64,000 nt of DNA, taken from an uncultured Anaerofilum sp. (lineage in GTDB: Bacteria > Bacillota > Clostridia > Oscillospirales > Ruminococcaceae). How positions within the stretch are numbered: the stretch's first letter is position 1; each line of letters starts with the position of its first letter. The position numbers and the translations under genes are program-made. Positions 28,690 through 37,896 of the stretch are shown here, one piece after another. The stretch lies in NCBI GenBank assembly GCA_944385945.1, contig CALWZD010000070.1, positions 30,605 to 94,604 of the forward strand, written 5' to 3'. Below the pieces are notes generated by a model. That model had not been told where the DNA came from and made no database searches. It was given only the letters and a program-made list of their open reading frames with translations.

Positions 28690-29504
28690 CGGATTTGGAG
28701 CTGTTCAAAGCGTATTGCCGTGACTTCTTGCGTTATCGGCATTTGTTGGAAAATTTGGTCGGTCGTGATTTTAAGTTAAAGTATCGTCGCAGCATTTTGG
28801 GAATGCTGTGGAGCATTTTGAATCCGCTGTTGATGAACGTGGTAATGGTCATCGTATTTTCTACCATTTTGGATATGCGTGGCGGTGGGATCGAAAACTT
28901 CCCCGTATATTTGATCATCGGTCAGCTTTTGTTCACATTTTTCAGCGAAGCGACCGGTGCAGCAATGGGCAGTGTGCTGGCATCTTCGGCACTGCTGCGA
29001 AAAGTGTACATCCCTAAATATATTTTTCCGCTCGAAAAAGTATGCTTTGCGTTGGTGAACTGTGTGTTCAGCTTTATTGCACTTATCGTCGTGATGCTGT
29101 TCACCCGTGCCCCGCTTTATCTGACAGTGCCTCTGGCGTTGTACCCGCTGCTCACCTTATTCGTATTCAGTTTGGGCATTGGTTTGGTGTTGGCAACGCT
29201 TACCGTATTTTTCCGAGATGTAGTGCATCTGTGGGCGGTATTTTTGACCGCTTTGAACTATTTTTCCGCTATTTTCTACGACCCGATGGCATTGCCTGAC
29301 AGTCCGGCAGTTGAGATGCTGCAAAACTTCATCTGCTTTAATCCGGTATACTGGTACATCACCGCTTTCCGTGGTGCCGTGTTGGATGGTCGATTGCTTA
29401 CGGTCGACGAACTGCTGGTATGCGGTATTTGTGCGTTGGTGGCACTCGTCGTAGGGCTGATCGTATTCCGTAAACAACAGGACAAATTTGTCCTTCATAT
29501 GTAA
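28683..29504 (+). CDS. Polysaccharide ABC exporter permease (Wzm/RgpC-like)
   Basis: RDFKLKYRRSILGMLWSILNPLL, FFRD, NPVY. Confidence 0.92.
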   Translation: MVTDLELFKAYCRDFLRYRHLLENLVGRDFKLKYRRSILGMLWSILNPLLMNVVMVIVFSTILDMRGGGIENFPVYLIIGQLLFTFFSEATGAAMGSVLASSALLRKVYIPKYIFPLEKVCFALVNCVFSFIALIVVMLFTRAPLYLTVPLALYPLLTLFVFSLGIGLVLATLTVFFRDVVHLWAVFLTALNYFSAIFYDPMALPDSPAVEMLQNFICFNPVYWYITAFRGAVLDGRLLTVDELLVCGICALVALVVGLIVFRKQQDKFVLHM

Positions 29505-29517
29505 GGGGGAACTGACT

Positions 29518-30252
29518 ATGAACATGGTAGAGATCAATAATGTGTCCATGCGCTTCAACCTTGCAAGGGAAAAAAGCGAGAGCTTGAAAGAGTACTTTTT
29601 GCAGCTCGTTCACGGAAAACTGCAATTCGACGAGTTCTACGCCTTGCGCAATGTAAGCTTTAATGTTGAAAAAGGTGACTTTTTTGGTCTGATCGGTTTG
29701 AACGGTTCGGGAAAATCCACCTTGCTCAAGGTGATCTCCGGCGTATACAAACCGACCGAAGGCTACACCAAAGTAAATGGTACCATTGCACCGCTCATCG
29801 AACTGGGTGCAGGATTCGACATGGATCTGACCGCCCGTGAGAACATCTATTTGAACGGTACCGTTTTGGGGCTTACCCCGAAATACATTTCGGAAAAATT
29901 CGACGAGATCGTGGAATTTAGCGAACTGCATGATTTTATTGATGTTCCGCTGAAAAACTACTCCTCCGGTATGATTGCCCGCATCGGCTTTGCGATTGCG
30001 ACCGTTACCAAGCCCGACCTGCTGATCGCCGACGAGATTTTGTCGGTAGGCGATTTTCTGTTCCAGGAAAAGTGCGAAAAACGAATGCAGAGCCTGCGTG
30101 ACGGCGGTACGACCATGATTTTGGTAAGTCATTCCATTCAGCAGATCGAGCGCAACTGTAATAAAGTCGCATGGCTTGAAAAAGGTCAGCTGAAAATGAT
30201 CGGCGATACCAAAACGGTATGCGACGCATACAAGCAGATCCATCGGGAGTGA
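29518..30252 (+). CDS. Polysaccharide ABC exporter ATPase (Wzt/RgpD-like), no C-terminal carbohydrate-binding domain
   Basis: GLNGSGKST, YSSGM, DEILSVGD. Confidence 0.93.
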   Translation: MNMVEINNVSMRFNLAREKSESLKEYFLQLVHGKLQFDEFYALRNVSFNVEKGDFFGLIGLNGSGKSTLLKVISGVYKPTEGYTKVNGTIAPLIELGAGFDMDLTARENIYLNGTVLGLTPKYISEKFDEIVEFSELHDFIDVPLKNYSSGMIARIGFAIATVTKPDLLIADEILSVGDFLFQEKCEKRMQSLRDGGTTMILVSHSIQQIERNCNKVAWLEKGQLKMIGDTKTVCDAYKQIHRE

Positions 30253-30256
30253 TAGA

Positions 30257-32110
30257 ATGAGCGAGCTACATTCACCACAGCGAGATACTCTTGGAAAAAT
30301 GGTGGGACGGTTTTTTCGCCCCGCCCATTTTGTACAACTGGTAAAACGTGGTACCCAAAGCCTGAAGCGAAACGGGTTGGAAGCGACTTGGCGCAAGGTG
30401 GAATTTCGCATCAATTTGGCACTGCACCGTGAGGTGTGGCAGTATCGTGCTGATATTCCGCTGAATCGGGAAAAAAAGGCGCAACGTGCCGCAAATACCG
30501 ACGGAATGCCGACCATCAGTGTCGTTGTTCCGCTGTACAATACACCGGAAAAATTTTTAAAAGAAATGGTGCGCAGTGTCGAGATGCAGACCTATCCCCG
30601 TTGGCAGTTGGTGCTTGCCGATGCTTCGGATGCGAAGCATCAGCCCCAAAATGCTGCATGGCTGAAAGGCAGGGACAAGCGCATTTGCTATTTTTCCTTG
30701 GAAAAGAACAACGGCATCGCAGGCAATACCAACGCAGCGTTTGAAAAAGCGACCGGCGACTACATTGCCCTGTTTGACCACGACGATGTTTTGCAGCTGA
30801 ATGCCCTGTTCGAGATGGCAACGGCGATTCAAAACACAGGTGCCGAACTGCTTTATTCCGACGAGGTCGTGCTGTCGGGCGATTTGAAGCGATTGGGTGA
30901 ATATCATTTCAAACCCGATTTCAGCCCCGACACCCTGCGTGGCTGTAACTACATCACCCACTTGTGTGTCTTTTCCAAAAAGTTGTTGGAAAAGGTGGGG
31001 TATGAACAGGAAGAATACGACGGCGCACAGGATTTTGATCTGATTTTGCGTTTGAGCGAGCAAGCAAATCGGGTGCATCATATCCCGAAAGTGCTGTACT
31101 TCTGGCGTCGACACGCAGCCTCCACCGCAGCAAGTATTGCGTCCGCTAAACCGTATGCGCTGCTTGCAGGGCAAAAAGCATTGCAGGCGCATCTCGACCG
31201 CATGGGGTTGCAGGGAACTGCCGAATGCATCGAAGGGCGACCGGGTGCGTATCGGGTGCGCTATCAGGTGCAAGGCGACCCTCTGGTGAGCGTTTTGATC
31301 CCCAACAAAGACCACATAGACGATCTCGATCGTTGCTTGAAAGGCTTGTATGCCCATGCAGGCGATGTGCGGTATGAAGTGATCGTGATCGAAAACAACT
31401 CCACCGATGAAAAAACGTTCGCCTATTACGAAACGATGCAAACAAAATATCCTAACTGCCGTATGGTGCGGTACGAGGGCGGGTTTAATTTTTCTGCCAT
31501 CAATAATTTTGGCAGAACATTTGCCAAAGGCGACCATCTTTTGCTGATGAACAACGACCTCGAACCGTTGTCTGACCACTTTTTGGATGAACTGGTCGGG
31601 TACAGCCAGCGTTCGGATGTAGGAGCGGTCGGGGCAAAGCTGTACTATCCCGACGACACCATTCAGCATGGCGGTGTATTTATCGGTTTGGGCGGAAGTG
31701 CCGGTCACAGCCACAAAAGCCACCCCCGCAAGAGCGGTGGCGACCTCTACCGATTAGCCACCACCCAAAATATGAGTGCCGTAACAGGGGCTTGCCTGAT
31801 GGTGAAAACCAGTCTGTACGATGCTATGGGCGGGTTGGATGAGCAAAATTTCGCAGTGGCGTATAATGACGTGGATTTTTGCCTGAAACTGCGCAAAGCG
31901 GGGTATCTGAATGTGTTCACCCCGTTTGCCGAAGCGTATCACTACGAGAGCAAAAGCCGTGGCAGTGATACCGAAGGTGCGAATGCCGTGCGCTATCAGG
32001 GTGAGAAGCAGCGATTTGTGCAAAAGTATGCCGATATGATGGGCGAAGGCGGCGACCCCTACTACAATCCGCATTTCACCCTGCTGTATGAAAATTATGG
32101 GTATAAGTAA
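30257..32110 (+). CDS. Two-domain GT2 glycosyltransferase (RfbC/WsaE-like)
   Basis: VVPLYNTP, FDHDD, YSDE, GAQDFD; second domain IPNKDH, LMNND, AYNDVD. Confidence 0.92.
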   Translation: MSELHSPQRDTLGKMVGRFFRPAHFVQLVKRGTQSLKRNGLEATWRKVEFRINLALHREVWQYRADIPLNREKKAQRAANTDGMPTISVVVPLYNTPEKFLKEMVRSVEMQTYPRWQLVLADASDAKHQPQNAAWLKGRDKRICYFSLEKNNGIAGNTNAAFEKATGDYIALFDHDDVLQLNALFEMATAIQNTGAELLYSDEVVLSGDLKRLGEYHFKPDFSPDTLRGCNYITHLCVFSKKLLEKVGYEQEEYDGAQDFDLILRLSEQANRVHHIPKVLYFWRRHAASTAASIASAKPYALLAGQKALQAHLDRMGLQGTAECIEGRPGAYRVRYQVQGDPLVSVLIPNKDHIDDLDRCLKGLYAHAGDVRYEVIVIENNSTDEKTFAYYETMQTKYPNCRMVRYEGGFNFSAINNFGRTFAKGDHLLLMNNDLEPLSDHFLDELVGYSQRSDVGAVGAKLYYPDDTIQHGGVFIGLGGSAGHSHKSHPRKSGGDLYRLATTQNMSAVTGACLMVKTSLYDAMGGLDEQNFAVAYNDVDFCLKLRKAGYLNVFTPFAEAYHYESKSRGSDTEGANAVRYQGEKQRFVQKYADMMGEGGDPYYNPHFTLLYENYGYK

Positions 32111-33925
32111 ATGAATCAGAATCTAAAAAGAACCAAAGAACTGGCAAACTACTTTTTTGAACAGCTGAAACAAGACGGCATCACCCCCACTGTAAAAAAA
32201 ACAGTGGGGTTTGTAAAGCGTCGCTTTTTGGGGAAAAAGGCACGATTTTTGCCCACCGAACAGGTGCTTGAGCAACAGCGAAACGAAGATACCAGCCATT
32301 TTCCGACCATCAGCATCTGCGTGCCTCTGTATAACACGCCTAAGCAGTTTTTTGATGAACTGTTGCAGAGCGTACAGAATCAGACCTGCCCCAACTGGCA
32401 GCTCTGTTTTGCAGATGCAAGCGACGATGCACACACCGAAGTGAGCCAATGGGTGCAGCAAGCAGCCAGTGCCGACAGCCGTATTCGATATAAAAAAATC
32501 GACAATCGAGGCATTTCGGCAAACACTAACGAGGCAGCAAAATTGGCGAGCGGAGAATATCTTGCACTTGCCGACCACGGCGACGTTTTGGCACCTCATG
32601 CAGTATACTGGGCTGCAAAGACCGCTTACGAAACCAAAGCGGAATTTTTGTACAGTGATGAAGCACTGTTTGAAAAGGATATTCGTCTGCCCATCACAGG
32701 GCATTTCAAGCCGGATTATGCCCCCGAATATTTGGAGTGCTGCAACTATATCTGCCATTTGGCTGTATTTCGTGCAGAGCTGTTTTGGCAGGTGGGAGGG
32801 GAACGCCCCGAATGCGATGGTGCGCAAGACCACGATTTGTTCTTACGCTTAATCCAAGCATCGGGGAAAGAGCCGGTGCATATCCCCAAAGTGTTGTATT
32901 ATTGGAGGGTACACAGCGGGTCGACCAGTGGCGGAACCGAGGCAAAGCCCTATGTAACCGCAGCGGCAAAAAAAGCCATCGCCGACCATTTACAACAAGT
33001 ATGCCCCAACGCAGATGTTACCGATGGGCTGTTCCCGTCTACCTATAAGGTTTGCCCACCGGTGCCGCAAGATGCACTGGTAAGCATTTTAATTCCCAAT
33101 AAAGACCATATTCAAGATCTGGAGAAGGCACTTTCTTCGGTGTACGAAAAAACGGTGGGGTGTCGATTTGAGGTAATTGTGATCGAAAACAATTCCACCG
33201 ACCCCGAAACCTTTGCGTATTACAAAACGATGGAGAAAAAATATCCCAACTGCCGTATGGTGCAGTATCAGGGAGGTTTCAATTTTTCTGCCATCAACAA
33301 TTTTGGCAGAACATTTGCCAACGGCAACTATTTGTTGCTGCTGAACAATGACGTTGAGGTCATCAATCCCGAATGGCTGAGTGAAATGCTTGCGCTGTGC
33401 GCCCGTGACGGCGTTGGTGCGGTGGGGGCGATGCTGTACTACTCCGACGATACCATCCAACACGCAGGGGTCATCGTTGGTCTAGGTGGATATGCAGGTC
33501 ACAGCCACAAGTATGCAAGACGTGGGGGAAGCGGGTATATGTTCCGTGCTGCGACCGTACAAAATCTGTCGGCTGTGACGGCAGCGTGTCTTTTGGTGCG
33601 CAGCGAGGTATATGATGCATTACATGGCTTGGATGAAACGTTTGAAGTTGCGTTTAACGATGTCGATTTTTGCCTGCGCATCCGTGAAGCGGGCTGGCGC
33701 ATTTGCTGGACACCGTATGCACAGCTTTACCACTACGAAAGCAAAAGCCGTGGATTGGATGAACAGGACGAGGCAAAAAAACGTCGTTTTGCAAGCGAAC
33801 AGGCACGTTTGAAACAACGCCACGCCGCTGTGTTGCTGCGTGACCCCTATTACAGCCCTAACCTGACGCTCGACCGTGAAGATTTTTCGGAAAATCCCGA
33901 TCACCGTTTTTTGAAAAACGGATAA
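32111..33925 (+). CDS. Two-domain GT2 glycosyltransferase, tandem paralog
   Basis: Same motifs as the upstream gene, but DHDD reads DHGD. Confidence 0.9.
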   Translation: MNQNLKRTKELANYFFEQLKQDGITPTVKKTVGFVKRRFLGKKARFLPTEQVLEQQRNEDTSHFPTISICVPLYNTPKQFFDELLQSVQNQTCPNWQLCFADASDDAHTEVSQWVQQAASADSRIRYKKIDNRGISANTNEAAKLASGEYLALADHGDVLAPHAVYWAAKTAYETKAEFLYSDEALFEKDIRLPITGHFKPDYAPEYLECCNYICHLAVFRAELFWQVGGERPECDGAQDHDLFLRLIQASGKEPVHIPKVLYYWRVHSGSTSGGTEAKPYVTAAAKKAIADHLQQVCPNADVTDGLFPSTYKVCPPVPQDALVSILIPNKDHIQDLEKALSSVYEKTVGCRFEVIVIENNSTDPETFAYYKTMEKKYPNCRMVQYQGGFNFSAINNFGRTFANGNYLLLLNNDVEVINPEWLSEMLALCARDGVGAVGAMLYYSDDTIQHAGVIVGLGGYAGHSHKYARRGGSGYMFRAATVQNLSAVTAACLLVRSEVYDALHGLDETFEVAFNDVDFCLRIREAGWRICWTPYAQLYHYESKSRGLDEQDEAKKRRFASEQARLKQRHAAVLLRDPYYSPNLTLDREDFSENPDHRFLKNG

Positions 33926-33977
33926 AAAGAGCGGTTGGAAAAGTGTTTTGCTTTCAAATTTCTTGTTTTTGTAGGAA

Positions 33978-34124
33978 ATCCCCTCATCAGTCACGCTATG
34001 CGTGACAGCTTTCCCCTAGGGGAAAGCCAAATAAAAAGCCTTCCCCTTGAGGGGAAGGTGGCTGCGCAGCAGCCGGATGAGGTGGAACGGTTGCGGTTGA
34101 AATTCAAAACAGGCTTTTTCTGCA
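33978..34124 (+). repeat. REP-doublet (REPIN-like) element, copy A
   Basis: Two inverted CCTCATC-hairpin-TTCCCC..GGGGAA units plus a conserved tail; inverted copy at 54769-54937. Confidence 0.8.
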
Positions 34125-34170
34125 AACTGAAAGCACCGACCGTTGCAAAACCAGTCGGTGCTTTTTTGTG

Positions 34171-35277
34171 TTAATAGCTAGGAGTCTTGCTCCAGTTTTT
34201 TTCTACCTCATCAGCCAGACCGTTTTCGTCCAAATCGGCAAGGACGACTTCATCGGCAGAATTGATCTCGCCGGTTAGAAACTGGTCGATGATGGAGGCA
34301 TTCAATTCGAAATCACAGGCAACTACCACCTGTCCATCGTCCAGTGTTTGGCTCCAGTGCGTACCGGAAACAGGCAAGGTCATTTGCGATGTCTGTACAC
34401 CGGCAAGCGTGGGAATTTTAGCAATGAGCGAAGCGAGTTCGGCGTTGGTCAGGTTGGTGTCTATCATCGGTAACAGCTTGTTTGCCAGCAGGTCGATTTT
34501 AGGCAGGCTCAAGGTCAATGCCTGGTCGATGGCTGCTTGAATCACACTGCGTTGGCGTTCGATGCGCTGCCAATCGCTGTCCAAATGACGGATGCGAGCA
34601 TACACCAAAGCGGTGGGACCGTCCAGACGATTAAACCCCTTCACAAATTTTTCTTCTTGTGCGATCTCGTTCATATAATCGGCTTCGGCTTCGCTGAATT
34701 CTACTTCCACACCGCCAATATCGGTGATCGCTGTTTCAAACACATGGAAATTGACCCGTACATAACGGGAAACGTCGATTTTGAAATAGCTGCGGATGGT
34801 TTGCAGCAGCAATTCCGGACCACCGTATGCAAATACGTGGGTCAGCCAGTCGTCGCCTTGGTTGGGAATGGATACCCCGATCGCACGTTCCAACGAAACA
34901 AGCCGAATCGTATTTTCACGGTTGTTGATCGAAAGAATCATCATGCTGTCGGCTCGGGAACGGGTGAAAGATTCGTCCCGCTCGTCGGTGCCGACCAGTA
35001 GAATGTTGTCGATGTCCTTGTGCTTGTTCACATCACCTTCGGGTGGCTCGATGCTGCCACCGTTGCGCATCACATCCAGATATTCTTCGCTGATCTCCAG
35101 TTCGTCGCCAAGGATGCTTGTGTCCTCGATGGGCTGTGAATAGTCAATGCCATCTCCACGGCTTATCAAGTCCAGTTTGCTGTTGATATACCACCAGATG
35201 CCACCGATACCGACAGCGATCAGCAGTAAAAAAACGAAAAGGGCAGTCAATACCCTAGAGAATATTTTACGCTTCAT
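34171..35277 (-). CDS. LCP family glycopolymer transferase
   Basis: TM anchor; NILLVGTD, SRADSMM, LVYARIRH, DWQRIERQR. Confidence 0.92.
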   Translation of the reverse strand: MKRKIFSRVLTALFVFLLLIAVGIGGIWWYINSKLDLISRGDGIDYSQPIEDTSILGDELEISEEYLDVMRNGGSIEPPEGDVNKHKDIDNILLVGTDERDESFTRSRADSMMILSINNRENTIRLVSLERAIGVSIPNQGDDWLTHVFAYGGPELLLQTIRSYFKIDVSRYVRVNFHVFETAITDIGGVEVEFSEAEADYMNEIAQEEKFVKGFNRLDGPTALVYARIRHLDSDWQRIERQRSVIQAAIDQALTLSLPKIDLLANKLLPMIDTNLTNAELASLIAKIPTLAGVQTSQMTLPVSGTHWSQTLDDGQVVVACDFELNASIIDQFLTGEINSADEVVLADLDENGLADEVEKNWSKTPSY

Positions 35278-35434
35278 GGAAACTCCCTCTAAACGGCAGT
35301 TTTTGTTTTTTGCCAAACATAAAGTAATATTTTATACGTATAGCCTATTGTATCGCTTTAAAAATGCAAAATCAATCGACAAATTGTGAAAAGATAAAAA
35401 TTCCCCGAAAACCGCTCGGTCTTCGGGGGAAAGG

Positions 35435-36010
35435 TTATCGACGAGGCTTTTTCTTCTTTCGAACGCTATATCCAAACGTTCCCAGTTGGCTGCCCAATGA
35501 GAAATACGAACCATGTGCATAGGCAAGCAGCCCCGCTTTGTCCAGACAAAGCTTGCCTTGTGCATCTAAAAGGCTTTCGTCTACCTGAATAGCAGTAATG
35601 TCCGCCAAAAACAGGTCATGGCTGCCGAGTTCCAACACTTGGAATACCTTACATTCCAGATTCAAGGGGCTTTCTTCCAAAATGGGACAGCCCACAGTAG
35701 AGGCAGGTGCAGCGGTAAGGTGCATCTCTTTGAATTTGTCCACATCCCTACCGCTTTTTACACCGCACCAATCGACTGCACGCAGTAGTTTTTGGGTAGG
35801 CAAGTTGACTACAAACTCTCCGCTTTCACGAATCAAAGGATAGGAATAGCGACTTTTGCGTACCGAGATCGACAGACGGGGCGGATGGGTACAGACAGTA
35901 CCCGCCCATGCAACTGTAATGAGATTAGGGGATTCCAGACTTCCACAGCTTACCAGAACAGGGGGGACAGGTGCCAGTAATGCACCGCCTTTCCAGATTT
36001 GTTTACTCAT
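35435..36010 (-). CDS. Flavin reductase family protein
   Basis: PVPPVLVSCG, EFVVNLP, SGRDVDK, GSHDLF. Confidence 0.9.
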   Translation of the reverse strand: MSKQIWKGGALLAPVPPVLVSCGSLESPNLITVAWAGTVCTHPPRLSISVRKSRYSYPLIRESGEFVVNLPTQKLLRAVDWCGVKSGRDVDKFKEMHLTAAPASTVGCPILEESPLNLECKVFQVLELGSHDLFLADITAIQVDESLLDAQGKLCLDKAGLLAYAHGSYFSLGSQLGTFGYSVRKKKKPRR

Positions 36011-36980
36011 AGTCGTTGGTGTGATGCTCCTCCTCGAAGGTAGTTTCCTTAATAATAAAACGGGGACGCCGTTTGGTTTCGTTGTAGATTTTTCCGATGT
36101 ATTCGCCGATCACACCCAGACACAAAAGCTGTACGCCTCCCATAAAGAAAATCGCACATAGCATACTCGTCCAACCGGATACCGTAAGCCCAAACAATTT
36201 GGTAGCCAGCACCCACACAATACCAAGAATACTGCACAGGCTGATGAAAAAGCCAAGACCTGTGATGATGCGAATGGGCTTGATAGACAGGCTGGTGATA
36301 CCGTCGAAAGCAAACGACAGCATCTTTTTCAGAGGATAGTGGCTTTCGCCAGCAATGCGTTCGGCTCGCTCGTAGTAAACACTGGAATAGTGATACCCAA
36401 CCAACGGAACTAAGCCACGCAAAAACAGGTTCACTTCATGGAACGAAGCAAGTCCGTCTAACGCTCTACGGCTCATCAGGCGATAGTCGGCATGGTTGAA
36501 CACAACATCGGCACCCAAACTTTTCATTACCTTATAAAAGCCCTCGGCGGTAGTACGTTTGAACCATGTGTCGGTTTCACGCTTGGAGCGAACACCATAC
36601 ACCACATCACAGCCGTCAGTGTATTCATCCAGCATTTTGTCCATTGCGTTGATGTCGTCCTGTCCGTCGCAGTCGATAGAAATGGTCACATCGGCATAAC
36701 GGCGGGCGGTCATCAATCCTGCAAGCAAGGCATTCTGATGCCCACGGTTTCGGGAAAGGCAAACCCCTTGGAAAACGGGGTTCTCGTTGCACAACCCACA
36801 AATAACCTGCCATGTACTATCTTTCGAGCCATCGTTTACAAACAGCACCTTGCTGTTGGGCGAGATCTTGCCTTGGTTGGTCAGCTGCAAGATCTTATCC
36901 GAAAACAATTTACTTGTAATAGGCAATACTTCTTGTTCGTTATAGCAGGGAATAACGATATACAGTATTGGAAGTGTCAT
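36003..36980 (-). CDS. GT2 polyprenol-phosphate glycosyltransferase (GtrB/YkoT-like)
   Basis: IPCYNE, VNDGSKD, RNRGHQNA, IDCDGQD, two C-terminal TM helices with GEYIGKIY. Confidence 0.92.
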   Translation of the reverse strand: MTLPILYIVIPCYNEQEVLPITSKLFSDKILQLTNQGKISPNSKVLFVNDGSKDSTWQVICGLCNENPVFQGVCLSRNRGHQNALLAGLMTARRYADVTISIDCDGQDDINAMDKMLDEYTDGCDVVYGVRSKRETDTWFKRTTAEGFYKVMKSLGADVVFNHADYRLMSRRALDGLASFHEVNLFLRGLVPLVGYHYSSVYYERAERIAGESHYPLKKMLSFAFDGITSLSIKPIRIITGLGFFISLCSILGIVWVLATKLFGLTVSGWTSMLCAIFFMGGVQLLCLGVIGEYIGKIYNETKRRPRFIIKETTFEEEHHTNDYE

Positions 36981-37026
36981 AAATACAAATCTCCCTGATT
37001 TTAAAAATATATAGATGCTGCTATGC

Positions 37027-37728
37027 TTACAGATAATCGTGACAGGAAAGGGAAAACGAAAGCTTTTCCGGTTCCAGCAGACGAAAGCTGGTGCGATAAA
37101 ATTCCAAAATGCCCTCCTGCTTCATGCGGGACAGTTCCCGACACAAAGCACTGCGGTCGCAGCAGAGATACTCTGAAAGCTGCACCCGATTAAAGCGGAT
37201 GCAGAAGGTGTTGCTTTTTGCCCGACGTGCTTCCTCCAGTAAAAATGCACCGATTCGGCTGCGTAAGCTTTTTACAAGCAACAAATCGAGCCTGCGATTC
37301 AGCTCAAAGTATTTTTCGCTGGCACCGGCAAGCAGATTGTAGGTAAAAGCTGCCTGTGCAGCCGGTACAGGGCAATCGGTTTGTCGCAGCCGTGCGCAGG
37401 AAAAATAAAGCACCCGTGTGGGCTGTACAGCAATGACACAAACAGGACTGGGATTTGTGCCAAAGGCAAGCAGATCGCCAAACACACTGCCGGATAAAAA
37501 CTGGGTCACAGGAATGCGTCTGCCGTCGGCAAGCTGCTTTTGCCCCTCCAGTTCGCCGGTAAGCACAAACCCGAATTCGGTGCAGATGTTACCGCTGCAA
37601 ATGAGTGTTTGCCCTTTGGTATAGCTTCGCTCAATGGGGTTTAGCCATTCCACAAACGGTTCAAAATCCTTTCGGGTGATTTTGGAAAAAAGGGGCGAGG
37701 TGGCAAGTATAGCAAATCTTTCGTCCAT
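37027..37728 (-). CDS. Crp/Fnr family transcriptional regulator
   Basis: SVFGDLLA; HTH NRVQLSEYLCCDRSALCRELS. Confidence 0.9.
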   Translation of the reverse strand: MDERFAILATSPLFSKITRKDFEPFVEWLNPIERSYTKGQTLICSGNICTEFGFVLTGELEGQKQLADGRRIPVTQFLSGSVFGDLLAFGTNPSPVCVIAVQPTRVLYFSCARLRQTDCPVPAAQAAFTYNLLAGASEKYFELNRRLDLLLVKSLRSRIGAFLLEEARRAKSNTFCIRFNRVQLSEYLCCDRSALCRELSRMKQEGILEFYRTSFRLLEPEKLSFSLSCHDYL

Positions 37729-37740
37729 AGGCTCTCCTTT

Positions 37741-37754
37741 GTTGCTTGGGCAAC
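37741..37754. promoter_or_regulatory. Putative Crp/Fnr operator GTTGC-N4-GCAAC
   Basis: Perfect half-site palindrome centred -41.5 from TAGAAT (37777-37782) on the plus strand; also just upstream of the regulator's RBS. Confidence 0.65.
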
Positions 37755-37896
37755 TGACTATCTTTCTTTATTATAGTAGAATTAAAAAAACATATCAATA
37801 AAAAAATGAAAAATTGTCTGCAAACGCTTTTACCCGAAAAAATATTTTTTGTGGAAAAACGGTGTTGCGATGATCGGAAAGGAATGAAGATTAAAT

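Noticed and set aside
33935-34174. 79-aa ORF across the repeat element (and 54927-55337)
   Set aside because: Spurious translation of the REP-like palindromes or antisense to a real gene
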